Shown: positions 51,925-63,508, counted from the stretch's first letter. The stretch is DNA of 64,000 nucleotides from an uncultured Nitrospinota bacterium (GCA_963707985.1 CAVPRW010000028.1:20135-84134), one strand, 5' to 3'. The notes: generated from the sequence alone by a model not told the origin. Numbers and translations: made by a program.

Positions 51925-53215
51925 ATGCCTCTCCCTCTTGTGTCCGCTGTAGGTTTTGTCGTTCTGACGGGATTCGCCTGGCTGTGCTCGGGAAATCGTC
52001 GCGCTATCGCCTGGCGGACGGTCGCCTGGGGGCTAGGTCTGCAACTCCTCATCGGGGTCTTGATATTCCGCCTACCGGGCTCCCGACAGCTGTTTCTCGG
52101 GCTGAATACCGCCGTACTAGCGCTTCTAGACTCCTCCAACAGCGGCACCAGATTCTTACTGGGACCGCTCGCCGCCGCGCCGGGTGAGGTGGGATCGGTT
52201 GGCTTTATCCTGGCCTTTCAGGTCTTGCCGGTGGTGATCTTCTTCTCGGCCTTTACCGCAGTGCTCTATCACCTGCGGTTGCTGCAGCCGGTGGTCCGGC
52301 TGTTCGCCGGAATGTTCCATCGCACGCTCGGCATCAGCGGCGCCGAAGCCTTGTATGGGGCCTCGCAGATTTTCGTCGGCATCGAGTCGGCGCTCATGGT
52401 GCGCCCATATCTTGAGCGCATGACGAGGTCTGAGTTCCTCATGCTCCTGACCACCGGTATGTGCAATGTGGCCTCGAGCACACTCGGGTTGTATGTGGCC
52501 TTTCTGCATGAGCGTTTTTCCGCACATTGCCGGGCATCTGCTGTCGGCTTCCGTGTTGTCGATTCCCGCTGGAGTGGTGATGGCCAAGATATTTGTGCCG
52601 GAAACACAAACGCCGGAGACTCTGACCGATGTCCCGCCAGAAGATCCGACGCTCCGCTCGAGCAATATTATGGCGGCGATCATCGCTGGGTCCACCGACG
52701 GCCTGAAGCTCGCCGGCGGGATCGCGGCCCTACTCATCGCTATGCTAGGGTTGGTGGCACTGATCGATCGGGTGCTGATGCTCCCGAGTGCCTGGCTGTC
52801 ACTCCCACAGCCGCTGACACTCACGACTATCTTGGGTTGGGTGTTCTATCCGGTGACCATCTTGCTTGGGATTTCGCTGGCCGATGTGCCGACGGCGGCG
52901 CGCTTATTGGGTGAGCGGGTGATCCTCACCGAAGTGGTCTCCTATCAAGAGATGGCGCGCCTGGCGTCCGCAGGAACGTTTGTAGAGCCCCGGTCGGTGG
53001 TGATTCTTAGTTACGCCTTGTGTGGGTTCGCCCATGTGGCGTCAGTGGCCATTTTCGTCGGTGGTATGGCGGCGCTGATCCCTTCACGGCGTGATGAGTT
53101 GGCGAGTCTTGGATGGCGGGCCCTCCTGGCGGCGACGTTGGCGACACTGATGACGGCCTGTGTCGCGGGCATGTTCACCACGGGTGAGGGCGTGTTATTG
53201 GGAGGTGGGCGTTGA
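51925..53215 (+). CDS. Concentrative nucleoside transporter (NupC/CNT), frameshift at ~52515
   Basis: [41 protein letters not shown]; extra T in GCGTTTTTCC. Confidence 0.88.
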
Positions 53216-53310
53216 GCGGGGCACTCGGAGATCAACGGCGTCGCCTGCGGCATGTGGCCCTTGACCTGGACGACACGATTTCTCGCGGCGATGATGTCCG
53301 TGAACCGCTT

Positions 53311-54366
53311 CTACCTCCCTTTCAACTCTAGCCACACTCGCTCATAGAGCCGACCAGCGTCGCTGAAATCGTGCAACCACCAGAGCTTCGTGTCTTGCGG
53401 CCAAGCATACGAGGGTCCGTTGAGAATTTCAGGCTTGATCAAGGCTCTGGCGGCCTCATTGACGCTGGCGTAGCGGGCGTGGTTGACGATCATGGCGCTG
53501 ATCTCCGGCCGCAGCACAAAATTCATGAACTCCATGGCCAACTCTTGCTGCCGTGCCCCTTTCGGGATGGCCCAGTTATCCACAAAGACAAACGTCCCTT
53601 CGGCGGGAACGATGAAGGCAATGTCTGGATTTTCCGCCTGCGCCATGGCGATCTCACCGCTCCAACCCTGTGCTAATACCGTCTCCCCTGCGGCCAGCGA
53701 ATCCTCGAACGACTCGCTGTCATATTTGGCGAGGAATGGTTTTTGCCGGAGTAGCAGCGCTTGTGCCTGCGCCAGGTGCTGCGGATCGGTGCTCTCAGGA
53801 GAGTGTCCTGAAGCGACCAACGCGGCGGCGATCACCTCACGCATGTCGTTGAGCATGCTGATCCGATTCTTGTAGGGCTCGATCCATGCCGGCTCGAACA
53901 GGTCAGCCCAGCGTGCAGGCGGCGGCATCACCTGGCTCTTGTTGTAGCCGATGCCGGTGATCCCCCACTGGTAGGGCACCGAATAGTGATGCCCAGGATC
54001 GTACGGAGGATCGCGAAAACGCTCCCCCAGATACCGCAGGTTAGGAATGCGCGATAGATCGATAGGCAACAGGAGGCCCTCTTTCCTGAGCAGCACCACC
54101 ATATAGTCTGACGGCACCACCAGATCGTACACCGCGCCACCCGCTTGCAATTTGGCCCGCATATCTTCGTTACTGCCATAATTATCTTCAATCACATGGG
54201 CCCCGAATTCGCGTTCGAATAGCTGAAACACCTCGGGATCGATATACTCCTCCCAGATGAAAATCCGTAGTGATTTCGTCTTGTTGGAATTGATCGCGAC
54301 GATGACCCCAACCACGACCAGTATGGCCAACCCGAGGATTCCCCAGCGGGCATAGCGTGCCATCAT
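53311..54366 (-). CDS. potD: Spermidine/putrescine ABC substrate-binding protein
   Basis: WEEYID; YDLVVPSDY; PYQWG; WSG; DNWAIP. Confidence 0.88.
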   Translation of the reverse strand: MMARYARWGILGLAILVVVGVIVAINSNKTKSLRIFIWEEYIDPEVFQLFEREFGAHVIEDNYGSNEDMRAKLQAGGAVYDLVVPSDYMVVLLRKEGLLLPIDLSRIPNLRYLGERFRDPPYDPGHHYSVPYQWGITGIGYNKSQVMPPPARWADLFEPAWIEPYKNRISMLNDMREVIAAALVASGHSPESTDPQHLAQAQALLLRQKPFLAKYDSESFEDSLAAGETVLAQGWSGEIAMAQAENPDIAFIVPAEGTFVFVDNWAIPKGARQQELAMEFMNFVLRPEISAMIVNHARYASVNEAARALIKPEILNGPSYAWPQDTKLWWLHDFSDAGRLYERVWLELKGR

Positions 54367-55232
54367 CGCCTCCTTTGCAGCGCGACCGATAGCGCCACCA
54401 GTGCGATGGAACCCAACAGCATCAGCGTCGAGAGCGCATTGATCTCTGGTGTGACACCGCGTTTCACCATCGACCACACCTGGATTGGCAGTGTCGTGGC
54501 GCCCGGCCCGCTGGTAAAGAACGTGATGACAAATTCATCGAGCGATAAGGTAAACGCCAGGAGAGCCCCGCTCAACACCCCCGGCCAGATCAGCGGCAGC
54601 GTGATGCGCTGAAATACTTGCCACTCATTGGCTCCAAGGTCCATGGCGGCTTCTTCGAGACGTTTATCCATACCGCTGAGCCGAGCCCGGACCACAACCG
54701 CGACATAGGAAATAGCAAAAGCCACGTGAGCGATGATGACCGTGGTCCGTCCCAATGTTGGTCGCCAATCGAGCACATATTCTAGGCCATTGAACACCAG
54801 AACGAAGAATAACAGCAAGGCAATACCCTGCACGATATCAGGCATCAGGATCGGCAATGTCAGGGCGGCGTCATAATGGGATGCCCGACGCCGGTCAACA
54901 TGACGCTCCAGCCCCAAGGCCGCCAGCGTCCCCAGGACGGTGGCGATCAGCGTCGTCGCGGCGGCGATGAGCAAGCTATTGAGTAACGCCTGGGCGATGT
55001 CGGGATTACGGAAAAGCTTCGTATACCATTCCAGGGAGAATCCTCCCCAAATGCTGGCGTAGCGGCTGGCGCTAAAGCTGAACAGGACCAGCACGGCGAT
55101 CGGCAGATACAGAAAGCCGTAGACCAGCACGGCATTGAACGCTAAAAGCGGGGCGACGAAGTGATCAAGGAATCCCCTACGGATGTGTGTCATCCGGCTT
55201 TGACGCGATCTACCCAACAGCGTCTCCCCCAT
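54363..55232 (-). CDS. potC: Polyamine ABC permease
   Basis: FLYLPI; LEEAAMDLGA; FTLSLDEF; TPEINAL. Confidence 0.9.
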   Translation of the reverse strand: MGETLLGRSRQSRMTHIRRGFLDHFVAPLLAFNAVLVYGFLYLPIAVLVLFSFSASRYASIWGGFSLEWYTKLFRNPDIAQALLNSLLIAAATTLIATVLGTLAALGLERHVDRRRASHYDAALTLPILMPDIVQGIALLLFFVLVFNGLEYVLDWRPTLGRTTVIIAHVAFAISYVAVVVRARLSGMDKRLEEAAMDLGANEWQVFQRITLPLIWPGVLSGALLAFTLSLDEFVITFFTSGPGATTLPIQVWSMVKRGVTPEINALSTLMLLGSIALVALSVALQRRR

Positions 55233-56043
55233 GCGCGAACTTAAAATAGACCCAAATGGCCACTGAAATGATGAGCATGAGGACCAAGGCGAGCGCCGAT
55301 CCCAGTGGCCAATCTTGTGGCTGCGACAGGAAACGTTCTTGAATCACGTTGCCGATCAGTGCCACCTTGGCACCGCCGAGCAGCTGCGGTACCACAAAAT
55401 TGCCCAGCGCTGGAATAAAGACCAGCAAACTGCCCGCCAGCACTCCAGACCATGTTAATGGCAGGAGCACCTTGAAGAACGCTGCTACATGTGTCGCTCC
55501 CAGATCCTCGGCCGCCTCAAACAGGCGCCAGTCGAACTTCTCCAGCGAGCCGTAGATCGGATAGACCATGAATGGCAGGTACCAATAGACCAAGCCCGCG
55601 ATGACAGCCCAAGGCGTATAGAGCCAGTTGAGGCTCTCGTGAGCCCCCAACCAGCCAACCAGGCGAGCCACTTGATCGGCCGTGCCGTCGACGCGCAGCA
55701 GAACCATCCAGGCATAGGTCAAGACGAGGGAATTAGCCCACAGCGGCAGCAGGGTCAAAAAATAGAGCCATCTGCGCGCTGGCTCCCGCCGATGCACGAT
55801 GAAATAGGCCAACGGATAGCCGATGACGAGGCATAATGCGGTGGTGACACAGGCCATCCAGCATGACCGCGCTACGATAGTCAGCAGCAAGGGATCGATG
55901 AGCCGTGCGTAACTGCCAAGGGTGAACTGCCAGATCAGAGGCGAACCACGCTCCGTGAGACTGATCACGATGATAATGCCAAGCGGCAGAAAGGCGAACA
56001 TGCCGAGCCAGACAGCGGGGGGAATGAGACACCAGATGGCCAC
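55210..56043 (-). CDS. potB: Polyamine ABC permease
   Basis: GYPLAY; YLPFMVYPIY; EAAEDLGA; DWPLGSA. Confidence 0.9.
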   Translation of the reverse strand: MAIWCLIPPAVWLGMFAFLPLGIIIVISLTERGSPLIWQFTLGSYARLIDPLLLTIVARSCWMACVTTALCLVIGYPLAYFIVHRREPARRWLYFLTLLPLWANSLVLTYAWMVLLRVDGTADQVARLVGWLGAHESLNWLYTPWAVIAGLVYWYLPFMVYPIYGSLEKFDWRLFEAAEDLGATHVAAFFKVLLPLTWSGVLAGSLLVFIPALGNFVVPQLLGGAKVALIGNVIQERFLSQPQDWPLGSALALVLMLIISVAIWVYFKFAHGGDAVG

Positions 56044-56048
56044 GGATA

Positions 56049-56612
56049 CTACTCAAGAAATGGTGCGATGATGAATGCCTTCGCCAACGGGGCGAGAATG
56101 ATCAACAAGACATGTAGCTCTGCCAGAAGAATTTGCCGCGGCGAGCTCGGAAAGTGCGCCGTCCCTGACGGGCGTGTCAGGCGCGGGAGCCACCGATGCA
56201 CCGCAGCCAGGTACTCCAGATATTCTCCTCCATACCGTCGCGACAGCTGGTGCTCCTCATAACGCACCACACAGGAGTATACTATGCCACACCAGAGGAG
56301 GGCCACCGGCATCATCCACAAGACTCCGGACATGGCGACTACCCCCAGGATGATCAGGGTGTTGCCGATATAGATCGGATTTCTGACCAGCGCATACGGC
56401 CCGGAGGTGGTGACGCGGCGTGTGATGCTGAGGCGGTAGCCGATATGCTTTTGGGCCCACATCCGTAGCGCCCACCCCAGACCAAAGAGGAACAGGCCAA
56501 GCGGCCAGACGACCCAGCCGACCTCATATGCACCGACAAAGCAAAAGATCGAAAAAATGACCGGTAGCGCCGCGAGCAGGCCACGCCACCTATAGACCGC
56601 TTTCAGTATCAT
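56049..56612 (-). CDS. Isoprenylcysteine carboxyl/phospholipid methyltransferase family membrane protein
   Basis: TSGPYALVRNPIYIG; YEE...YGGEY...Y. Confidence 0.85.
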   Translation of the reverse strand: MILKAVYRWRGLLAALPVIFSIFCFVGAYEVGWVVWPLGLFLFGLGWALRMWAQKHIGYRLSITRRVTTSGPYALVRNPIYIGNTLIILGVVAMSGVLWMMPVALLWCGIVYSCVVRYEEHQLSRRYGGEYLEYLAAVHRWLPRLTRPSGTAHFPSSPRQILLAELHVLLIILAPLAKAFIIAPFLE

Positions 56613-56884
56613 CGATTATACCCTTCGTGGTGTGGACGCGGTTGCTATCGGTGGTCGCCGTCATCAATCGCGAGCACGGCCGAAATATGTGCGGAATATA
56701 AGATAGTCCGCGTGGCTGGTCAAGCCTGCCCGCGGCACGTCGGTCGAGACGCGCGCGCGGGCCGCCAGGCCCTCACGTGAACTGGCATACGATCCAGCCC
56801 TCTCCATGAGGGGCGATGGACATCCTTGATCGTGTCTCAGAAGACCTTTCGGCAGCTCAGCGAAGGAGAGAGGAGGGATCCGGC

Positions 56885-57256
56885 GTGACGTACCTGCTGA
56901 TCGGTATTGGCGGCTTCCTTGGCTGCAATGCCCGGTATCTTCTGGGTGGTTGGATCACGGCGCGTTATGGGATCGGCTTTCCCTATGGAACGGTGGCCAT
57001 CAATGTCTCAGGAAGCTTCGCCATTGGCTTCTTCCTGATCCTGATATCAGAGCGGTTCATCGTCCATCCTCATTGGCGACTCTTCGTCGTCGTCGGCTTC
57101 CTCGGGGGGTACACCACTTTCTCAACGTTCAGTTTTGAGACCTTCGCGCTCATGCAGCAACGGTCTTTTGTCCTCGCGTTGGCGAATGCGGTCGGGAGTG
57201 TGGTCCTCGGTCAGCTGGCCGTCCTGGTCGGCATGCTGCTCGCGCGCCTTTTTTAG
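56885..57256 (+). CDS. crcB: Fluoride efflux channel
   Basis: GGFLGCNARY; FPYGTVAINVSGSF; GFLGGYTTFSTF. Confidence 0.93.
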   Translation: MTYLLIGIGGFLGCNARYLLGGWITARYGIGFPYGTVAINVSGSFAIGFFLILISERFIVHPHWRLFVVVGFLGGYTTFSTFSFETFALMQQRSFVLALANAVGSVVLGQLAVLVGMLLARLF

Positions 57257-57317
57257 GGAGCCGGGTGAGCGTGGAGATGGATCTTTACAATCATTGACAC
57301 CTTGCCGGCCAGTCCGC

Positions 57318-58322
57318 TCACGCTTCAGGCTGCGAGACCAGCAGGTCCAACCCGAGCCGTTGCGACAGGAACTTGGCCACCAGCTGCCCCTTGACGCTGT
57401 TCCCCGCGCTGTCGAGCGGCGGGGCAAACGTCCCCAGCCCACCCTTGCCCGGCGACACCGTGACGATCCCGCCGCCAATGCCACTCTTGCCCGGCAGCCC
57501 GATGTCGAACAGCCAGTCGCCCGAGGTTTCATACAACCCGGCGGTGAGCATCACCGCCAGCGCATAATGGCAGACGGCCGCGTCCACCACCCGCTCTTTG
57601 GTGAGCGGATTCACCCCGCCATCCGCTAGCGTCGCCCCCATCACCGCTAGATCCTTGGCACTCACATTCAAGGAGCACTGCTTGGTGTACAGGTCCACGG
57701 CGTCGGCCGGGTCCATGTATACGCGCCCATAGCTTTGGAGCAGGCGGGCGATGCTCTGGTTCCGGAAGTTCGTCTCCGACGCAGAGGCGTATACCTCGTC
57801 GTTGAGCGGCAGCGTCCGGCCGGCGAAGCGCGACAACCCGTCGTGAATGAACTGCCAATGGGACTCAAGGCTTGTCCCCGGCACCAGGCTGGTCGTGGCA
57901 ATCGCTCCCGCATTCACCATCGGGTTCGTCCTCCCGTCGTCTCCCTGCTCAATGGCTGCTAGCGAGTTGAAGGCCAGTCCGGTGGCGTTCACGCCGATTC
58001 TCTGGCGCACCTCCGCGACGCCGAGCTGCTGAGAGACCAGGGCGAAAACGAACGGCTTGGACACGCTCATGATCGTGAACTCGTAGTCGGCGTCCCCAAC
58101 CGCATAGACGTTGCCACTGGTGCCCACCACGCAGATCCCGAACAGCTCGCTAGGCACCCGGGCCAGCGCCGGGTATACCTGCGAGCTCTGGCCTTCACCA
58201 TTGACCCTATAGCGTTCGTGCGCCTCCGCTACCAAGGCTCTGATCTGCTCAGGGGACGGCAAGCGGCCGGTGGACACATACGACGGGCCGGCGGCCGCAT
58301 CAAGCTCGAGTCGTGTGTGCAT
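57318..58322 (-). CDS. glsA: Glutaminase A
   Basis: IMSVSKPF; NPMVNAGAI; YTKQCS; GLYE; PGKSGIGGG; LDSAGNS. Confidence 0.93.
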   Translation of the reverse strand: MHTRLELDAAAGPSYVSTGRLPSPEQIRALVAEAHERYRVNGEGQSSQVYPALARVPSELFGICVVGTSGNVYAVGDADYEFTIMSVSKPFVFALVSQQLGVAEVRQRIGVNATGLAFNSLAAIEQGDDGRTNPMVNAGAIATTSLVPGTSLESHWQFIHDGLSRFAGRTLPLNDEVYASASETNFRNQSIARLLQSYGRVYMDPADAVDLYTKQCSLNVSAKDLAVMGATLADGGVNPLTKERVVDAAVCHYALAVMLTAGLYETSGDWLFDIGLPGKSGIGGGIVTVSPGKGGLGTFAPPLDSAGNSVKGQLVAKFLSQRLGLDLLVSQPEA

Positions 58323-58369
58323 AGCTTCCTCTCCAGTACAACCGGCACCCCTTTCCACCGCCGCACTCT

Positions 58370-58897
58370 CTATGCTTGTACTGCTGGCTTCACGTCTTGG
58401 AGCGCCTGCCGCAGGCGTGCTTCTTGCTCGTTCGAAAGTGACGTCCGCAGCACCGTCCCCTCGAATGAGTGCAGCTCAGGTAGGACCTTATCGGCCGTCA
58501 CGCTGCGCACGAGGACGAAGAGTGCTGATGAGCCCGGCTCAATGGTCGAGCCCACCGACCGGATAAACGCATCATCGATGCCGTAATCCGACAGCGCCCC
58601 GGCCAAGGCGCCTGATCCGGCCCCCAAGGCCGCGCCGGTCACCATGCCGATCAGCGGGTTGAGGAACAGCAGACCAATCAGGGTGCCCCACATCGCGCCC
58701 TGGAGGCCTCCGGTTGTAGCACCAACGCGGGTTAGATTGACTGCCTGCTTCAGGTGCACTTGGCCGCTCTGGTCGCGTACAACAATGCAGGAGTCCTCAA
58801 GGTCGATCAGGTGTTCCTTCTGTAACGCTTGCAACTTGTTTAACACTTGGTCGGCGGTGTCTTCACCCTTAAACCCCACGGCGATCAGATCACTCAT
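58370..58897 (-). CDS. DUF1269-family membrane protein
   Basis: MSDLIAVGF; Gly-zipper; DYGIDDAF; SSALFVL; LRTSLS. Confidence 0.85.
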   Translation of the reverse strand: MSDLIAVGFKGEDTADQVLNKLQALQKEHLIDLEDSCIVVRDQSGQVHLKQAVNLTRVGATTGGLQGAMWGTLIGLLFLNPLIGMVTGAALGAGSGALAGALSDYGIDDAFIRSVGSTIEPGSSALFVLVRSVTADKVLPELHSFEGTVLRTSLSNEQEARLRQALQDVKPAVQA

Positions 58898-58914
58898 CCT
58901 TAGCTCTCCTCTCC

Positions 58915-59349
58915 TTACATACTTGATTTCTTCAGCCTCAGAGTGCCACAGGTAAACCCGCAAACGGTGCCAGTCATGGTTTCACCACTCACGGTCAGGG
59001 TGAAATTCACCTGCCCACCAGGTGCATCGGGGGACGCGACATTGAAGATCAACGTGGAGTCCTCCAGCGTCCCCTCACGAATCTCTGGCGAGAGCGCGAG
59101 CGACCGTGCGTCGCTGAACACGGGGATTACACCCGTCACACTTTGCCTGCCGGTAACGGTGGTGCCCTGTTGGGCCAGCTGCAGGGTGATCTGGCCGCTG
59201 CCGACCCGATGAGTCCAGCTCCCCTCCCACTTCCCAGCCACGTTCGGTGCGGCTGTGCCAGCGATGGCCTGGCCATAGCCGCTCATGGTGACCATCAGGG
59301 CCAACAGTCCAATCAAAACCGTCGTGCCTACGAGTGCCTTCGATTGCAT
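58915..59349 (-). CDS. Secreted hypothetical beta-rich protein
   Basis: Signal peptide; NVAGKWEG...LQLAQQGTTVTG. Confidence 0.6.
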   Translation of the reverse strand: MQSKALVGTTVLIGLLALMVTMSGYGQAIAGTAAPNVAGKWEGSWTHRVGSGQITLQLAQQGTTVTGRQSVTGVIPVFSDARSLALSPEIREGTLEDSTLIFNVASPDAPGGQVNFTLTVSGETMTGTVCGFTCGTLRLKKSSM

Positions 59350-59918
59350 GGCTGATCCTCCTCTGCTGCCACGAGGCTCGCAACCCTCAGTCCACCACTG
59401 CCGCCACTAAGACATCCCCCCGGGCTGGTGCCACATCTCCATGGCGGGCGAAGTTCGGGGGAAAATCCTTCCCTTCTACTCCTTGCTCATGATCCGGGAG
59501 CCGATCATAGCCTAGCGGCTGAATGCTGTCAATCAGTAACTCCTCAACAATTTCGCCCACCTCGGCCGTGCCCAAGGCGTTATAGGGGGGACGCACGGCT
59601 CGTCAGGTCGCTGTCCTGAGTGGTCGGCGACGAAATGAGCAACTGTCACACGAAGTTACTTTCTGTCACATGTTGTTGCCTCTTATTGCCTCGTAACCTG
59701 GTGGGGCTTTCTGAGGAATGTCAGGATAAGTTCATCGATAGCACGAAATGTTTATTGTTGACATATGAGATGATCGTGGCCTATAAGTTGGCCCGACCAG
59801 CAGTGCTACCTCTATATCTTGAAGCTATTCGAGGATGCAGGCGCGTATCTGGTCCGCCCCCAATCGGCGAGAGAGCCGGATAGAGCGAGGACCACAGCGA
59901 TCGGAGGGACGGACGATA

Positions 59919-61730
59919 TTGAGTGACATTGCGCTCACCTTCATCATCGTCGCCGCAGTCGTCGCGCTCTTCGTCTGGAACCGCATCCCGGTGGTACTCG
60001 TGGCCCTTGGGACGGCGCTTGCGCTCTACGCCACGGGAGTCCTCGATCTGAGCCAGGCCCTCGCCGGCCTCGGCGACCCCGCAGTTATCTTCATCGCGTC
60101 GCTGTTCGTGGTCAGCGCCGGCCTCGACGCCACAGGGGTGACGGCGTGGGCGGGGCAACTCTTGATTGCGAAGGCGGGGAAGAGCCGGACGCGGCTGCTC
60201 ATTCTCATCATGGTGCTCGTATCACTCCTCACCGCGCTGATCAGCGTCAACGGAGCAGTGGCCGCTCTCCTCCCCGTCGTTGTCGTCATGGCCATCCGGC
60301 TCGGCCGCCCGACCTCGCAGCTGCTCATGCCCCTCGTGTTTTCGGCCCACGCCGGGGCTCTCCTGGCGCTGACCGGCTCGCCGGTGAACTTCCTCGTGTC
60401 CGAGGCCGGGGTGGACGCCGGCGTGGGCGCCTTTGGCTACTTCGAGTTCGCCATCGTGGGGATCCCCCTGCTGCTTGGGACTATGGCGATCGTGGTGCTG
60501 TTCGGACAGCGCCTGCTGCCGGAGCGAAACGGCCGGGCGATGCCGTCCGACCTCAGCCGGCACGCCCGGACGCTCAGCGAGCAATACCGACTCGACGATG
60601 GGCTGTTCCAGCTCCGGGTGCGGTCCAGCTCCCCGTATGTGGGGGCGCCGCAGACCGCGGTGGACTTGAAGGAGTATGCGGGCCTGACCCTGGTCGGCGT
60701 CCAAGATGGTGATAGGAATGGCCCGTTGGGGCGGCGCCCCATCAGCGCAGGCGACATTCTCATCGTGCGTGGGGATGCCACTGCCGCCGCCAGTCTGGCC
60801 GCCGACCGTGCCCTCGCTTTTCGGCTTGAGGATGGCAGCGGCGATGCCTCGGAATTGCTGTTCAACCGTGCATCCGGTCTTGCTGAGGTCGTTATTCCTC
60901 CCCGATCCGGCATGATCGGCCAAACGGTGTTCCCGGGGATGGTCACCCCCAGTGGCGATCTCATCATCCTGGCCGTGCAACGTCGGGGTGAAGACCAGGG
61001 TCCGAACGAGACGGTGTTGGCCGCGGGCGACACGTTGCTACTCCAGGGGACTTGGAAGGCGCTCGACATACACCTCGATGACCCCGACGTGTTGGTCGTC
61101 GACTCGCCGGAGCTCGTGCGTCGGCAAGCCGTGCCCATGGGCATGGGGGCGAAGCAGGCCATCGCCGTGCTCCTCGCCATGGTGGTCCTCCTCGCCACCG
61201 GCGCGGTGCCGGCGGTCATTGTGGGGCTGGCCGCCGCCTGCGCTATGGTCCTGCTGGGGGTGCTCACGGTCGAACAAGCATACCGTGCCATCAACTGGAC
61301 GACGGTCATTCTGGTCGGCGCTATGATTCCGCTGTCGACCGCCATGGACCAGAGTGGCGCCGCTGCGGCCATGGCGGCGACACTCGTGCGCGTGGTCGGC
61401 AACGCCGGTCCATATGCCCTGCTGGCTGGGCTTTTCGTGCTCACAGCCATCCTCGGCCAGCTCATCAGCAACACAGCGACCGCGCTCATCGTCATCCCGA
61501 TCGCGGTGTCCGCCGCCACCGGCATGGGGCTGTCTCCCCGGCCGGTATTGATGAGCGTTGCCGTCGCCGCCGCGGCCGCGTTCCTTACCCCCGTGGCCAC
61601 CCCGGTAAACCTGATGGTGATGGGGCCGGGAGGGTACCGCTTTGGGGACTACTGGAAGCTTGGGCTGCCTTTGTTGCTGTGGTTCTTCGTAGTGGCGACC
61701 TTCCTCGTCCCGGTCTTCTGGCGATTCTGA
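59919..61730 (+). CDS. SLC13/CitMHS-family permease with TrkA-C domains
   Basis: ISVNGAVA; GSPVN; central soluble domains; ISNTATA; TPVATPVNLMVMGPGGYRFGDY. Confidence 0.9.
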   Translation: MSDIALTFIIVAAVVALFVWNRIPVVLVALGTALALYATGVLDLSQALAGLGDPAVIFIASLFVVSAGLDATGVTAWAGQLLIAKAGKSRTRLLILIMVLVSLLTALISVNGAVAALLPVVVVMAIRLGRPTSQLLMPLVFSAHAGALLALTGSPVNFLVSEAGVDAGVGAFGYFEFAIVGIPLLLGTMAIVVLFGQRLLPERNGRAMPSDLSRHARTLSEQYRLDDGLFQLRVRSSSPYVGAPQTAVDLKEYAGLTLVGVQDGDRNGPLGRRPISAGDILIVRGDATAAASLAADRALAFRLEDGSGDASELLFNRASGLAEVVIPPRSGMIGQTVFPGMVTPSGDLIILAVQRRGEDQGPNETVLAAGDTLLLQGTWKALDIHLDDPDVLVVDSPELVRRQAVPMGMGAKQAIAVLLAMVVLLATGAVPAVIVGLAAACAMVLLGVLTVEQAYRAINWTTVILVGAMIPLSTAMDQSGAAAAMAATLVRVVGNAGPYALLAGLFVLTAILGQLISNTATALIVIPIAVSAATGMGLSPRPVLMSVAVAAAAAFLTPVATPVNLMVMGPGGYRFGDYWKLGLPLLLWFFVVATFLVPVFWRF

Positions 61731-61869
61731 GCGAGGGCACGGCCCGCAGAGCTGCGCGTCGATCGCCCCGTCGAAGCGCTCGCAGCTTCGGTGTCGGTCA
61801 TGTAGTGGTAGAAACAGGTCGTCGTGTGGTGATAGAAACAGGTCTAGGTACCAGGACTGGAGGGTCCTC

Positions 61870-63419
61870 ATGAGCCAAGCGAGCGAGGTGATCGAAGCGC
61901 CGAAGTCGTTCATGCAGAAGCTGCTGGACATGGTAGAACGGGTGGGCAACAAGGTCCCCCATCCGGCGATGATCTTCCTGCTGTTGATCGGCCTCGTGGT
62001 CGTGCTGTCCCACATTCTGTACCTGCTGGGCACGAGCGTCTCCTATCAGGTCTTGAACCCCGAGACCCACAAGGTGGAGAGACGCCACCGCCACCGTGAA
62101 CAGTCTGCTGACGGTGGCCGGCATCCGCTTCATGTTCGTGTCGGTCATCCAGAATTTCATGAACTTCAACGCGGTCGGGGTCATCATCGTGGCCATGGTG
62201 GGCGTCGGGGTGGCCGAGGAGGCCGGCCTGGTGCGCGCCTTGATTCGCAAGCTGGTGAACGTCTCGCCGGCCTGGGCTCTCACCTACATCCTGGTGTTCG
62301 TGGGGGTCATATCCAGCATCGCGGCGGATGCCGGCTACCTGGTGCTGATTCCGCTGGCCGCGGCCGCCTTCCTCAGCGTGGGCCGACATCCGCTGGCCGG
62401 GCTGGCCGCGTCCTTTGCCGGGGTGGCCGCCGTCTTCGGGGTGAACATTCTGATCAAACCGCTCGATGGCATCCTGACCGAGATCACCAACGACGCGATC
62501 CACCTGCTCAATCCGACCATCTCCATCGACCTGGCGGCCAACCTCTGGTTTTCCATCGCCTCCGTCCTGCTGCTGACGGTCGTCATCTCGATCATTACCG
62601 ATAAGATGATCGAACCACGCCTGGGCGCGTATACGGGCGAGCGGCCGGCCGAGGAAGGCGAGGAGCATTTCCCCCGAGGAGTCGCGGGGATTGAAGTACG
62701 CGACCTATGGACTGCTCGGGGTGATCGTGCTGTTCGCGCTCTTGACGCTGCCCCCTGGCGCGCCCCTGCGCCATCCGGAGACGGGAGCCATCATCGGCAA
62801 CTCGCCGCTGATGAACGGCCTGATCGTGGCCATCACGGCGCTGTTCCTGGTGATGGGCGTCGCCTATGGCATCGGGGCCGGAACCGTGCAGAGCAGCACC
62901 GATGTCATCGGCGCGATTACCAAGACCATCGCCGGCCTGAGCGGTCTGATCTTCCTGCTCCTGATCATCAGCCAGTTCCTGGCGTACTTCAACTACACCA
63001 ACATGGCGACCATCGCCGCCGTGAAGATGGCCGATGCGCTCAAGAATGCCAATCTCGATGCGCTGTGGTTGCTTGTCGGGTTCGTGTTCGTCGTGAGCCT
63101 CCTCGATCTGGTCATCACCGGCGCCATCCCGAAATGGGCCATCTTCGCACCCATCTTCGTGCCGCTGCTGATGAGGCTGAACGTGGCGCCGGAAGCGGTG
63201 CTGGCCGCCTACCGGGTCGGCGACTCGCCGATGAATGCTATCACCCCGTTGAACGCCTACTTCGCGATGATCGTGGCCTTTGCCCAGAAGTACGAGAAGG
63301 ATGCGGGGGTGGGGACGGTGGTGGCGCTGATGTTGCCGTACGTGGTGGTGACCCTGGTGTTGTGGACGCTTCTGCTGGCTGCCTGGCACTTGCTGCGCCT
63401 TCCCTGGGGGTTGGGGTAA
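61870..63419 (+). CDS. AbgT-family transporter, frameshifts at ~62083 and ~62670
   Basis: ERVGNKVPHP; GRHPLAG; PKWAIFAPIFVP; AAYRVGDSPMN; GVGTVVALMLPY across three frames. Confidence 0.88.
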
Positions 63420-63508
63420 GCATGCCCCTGTGGCGGCCATTGCATGACCTGTCCGTTGATGCGGGATGCCGTTGACTTCTAGGCTCATGACCGTGGGGAG
63501 GTGCATGC

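Noticed and set aside
56805..56880. Fluoride riboswitch upstream of crcB
   Set aside because: GGCGATGG is present, but I cannot find the pairing strand or the downstream conserved pseudoknot motif
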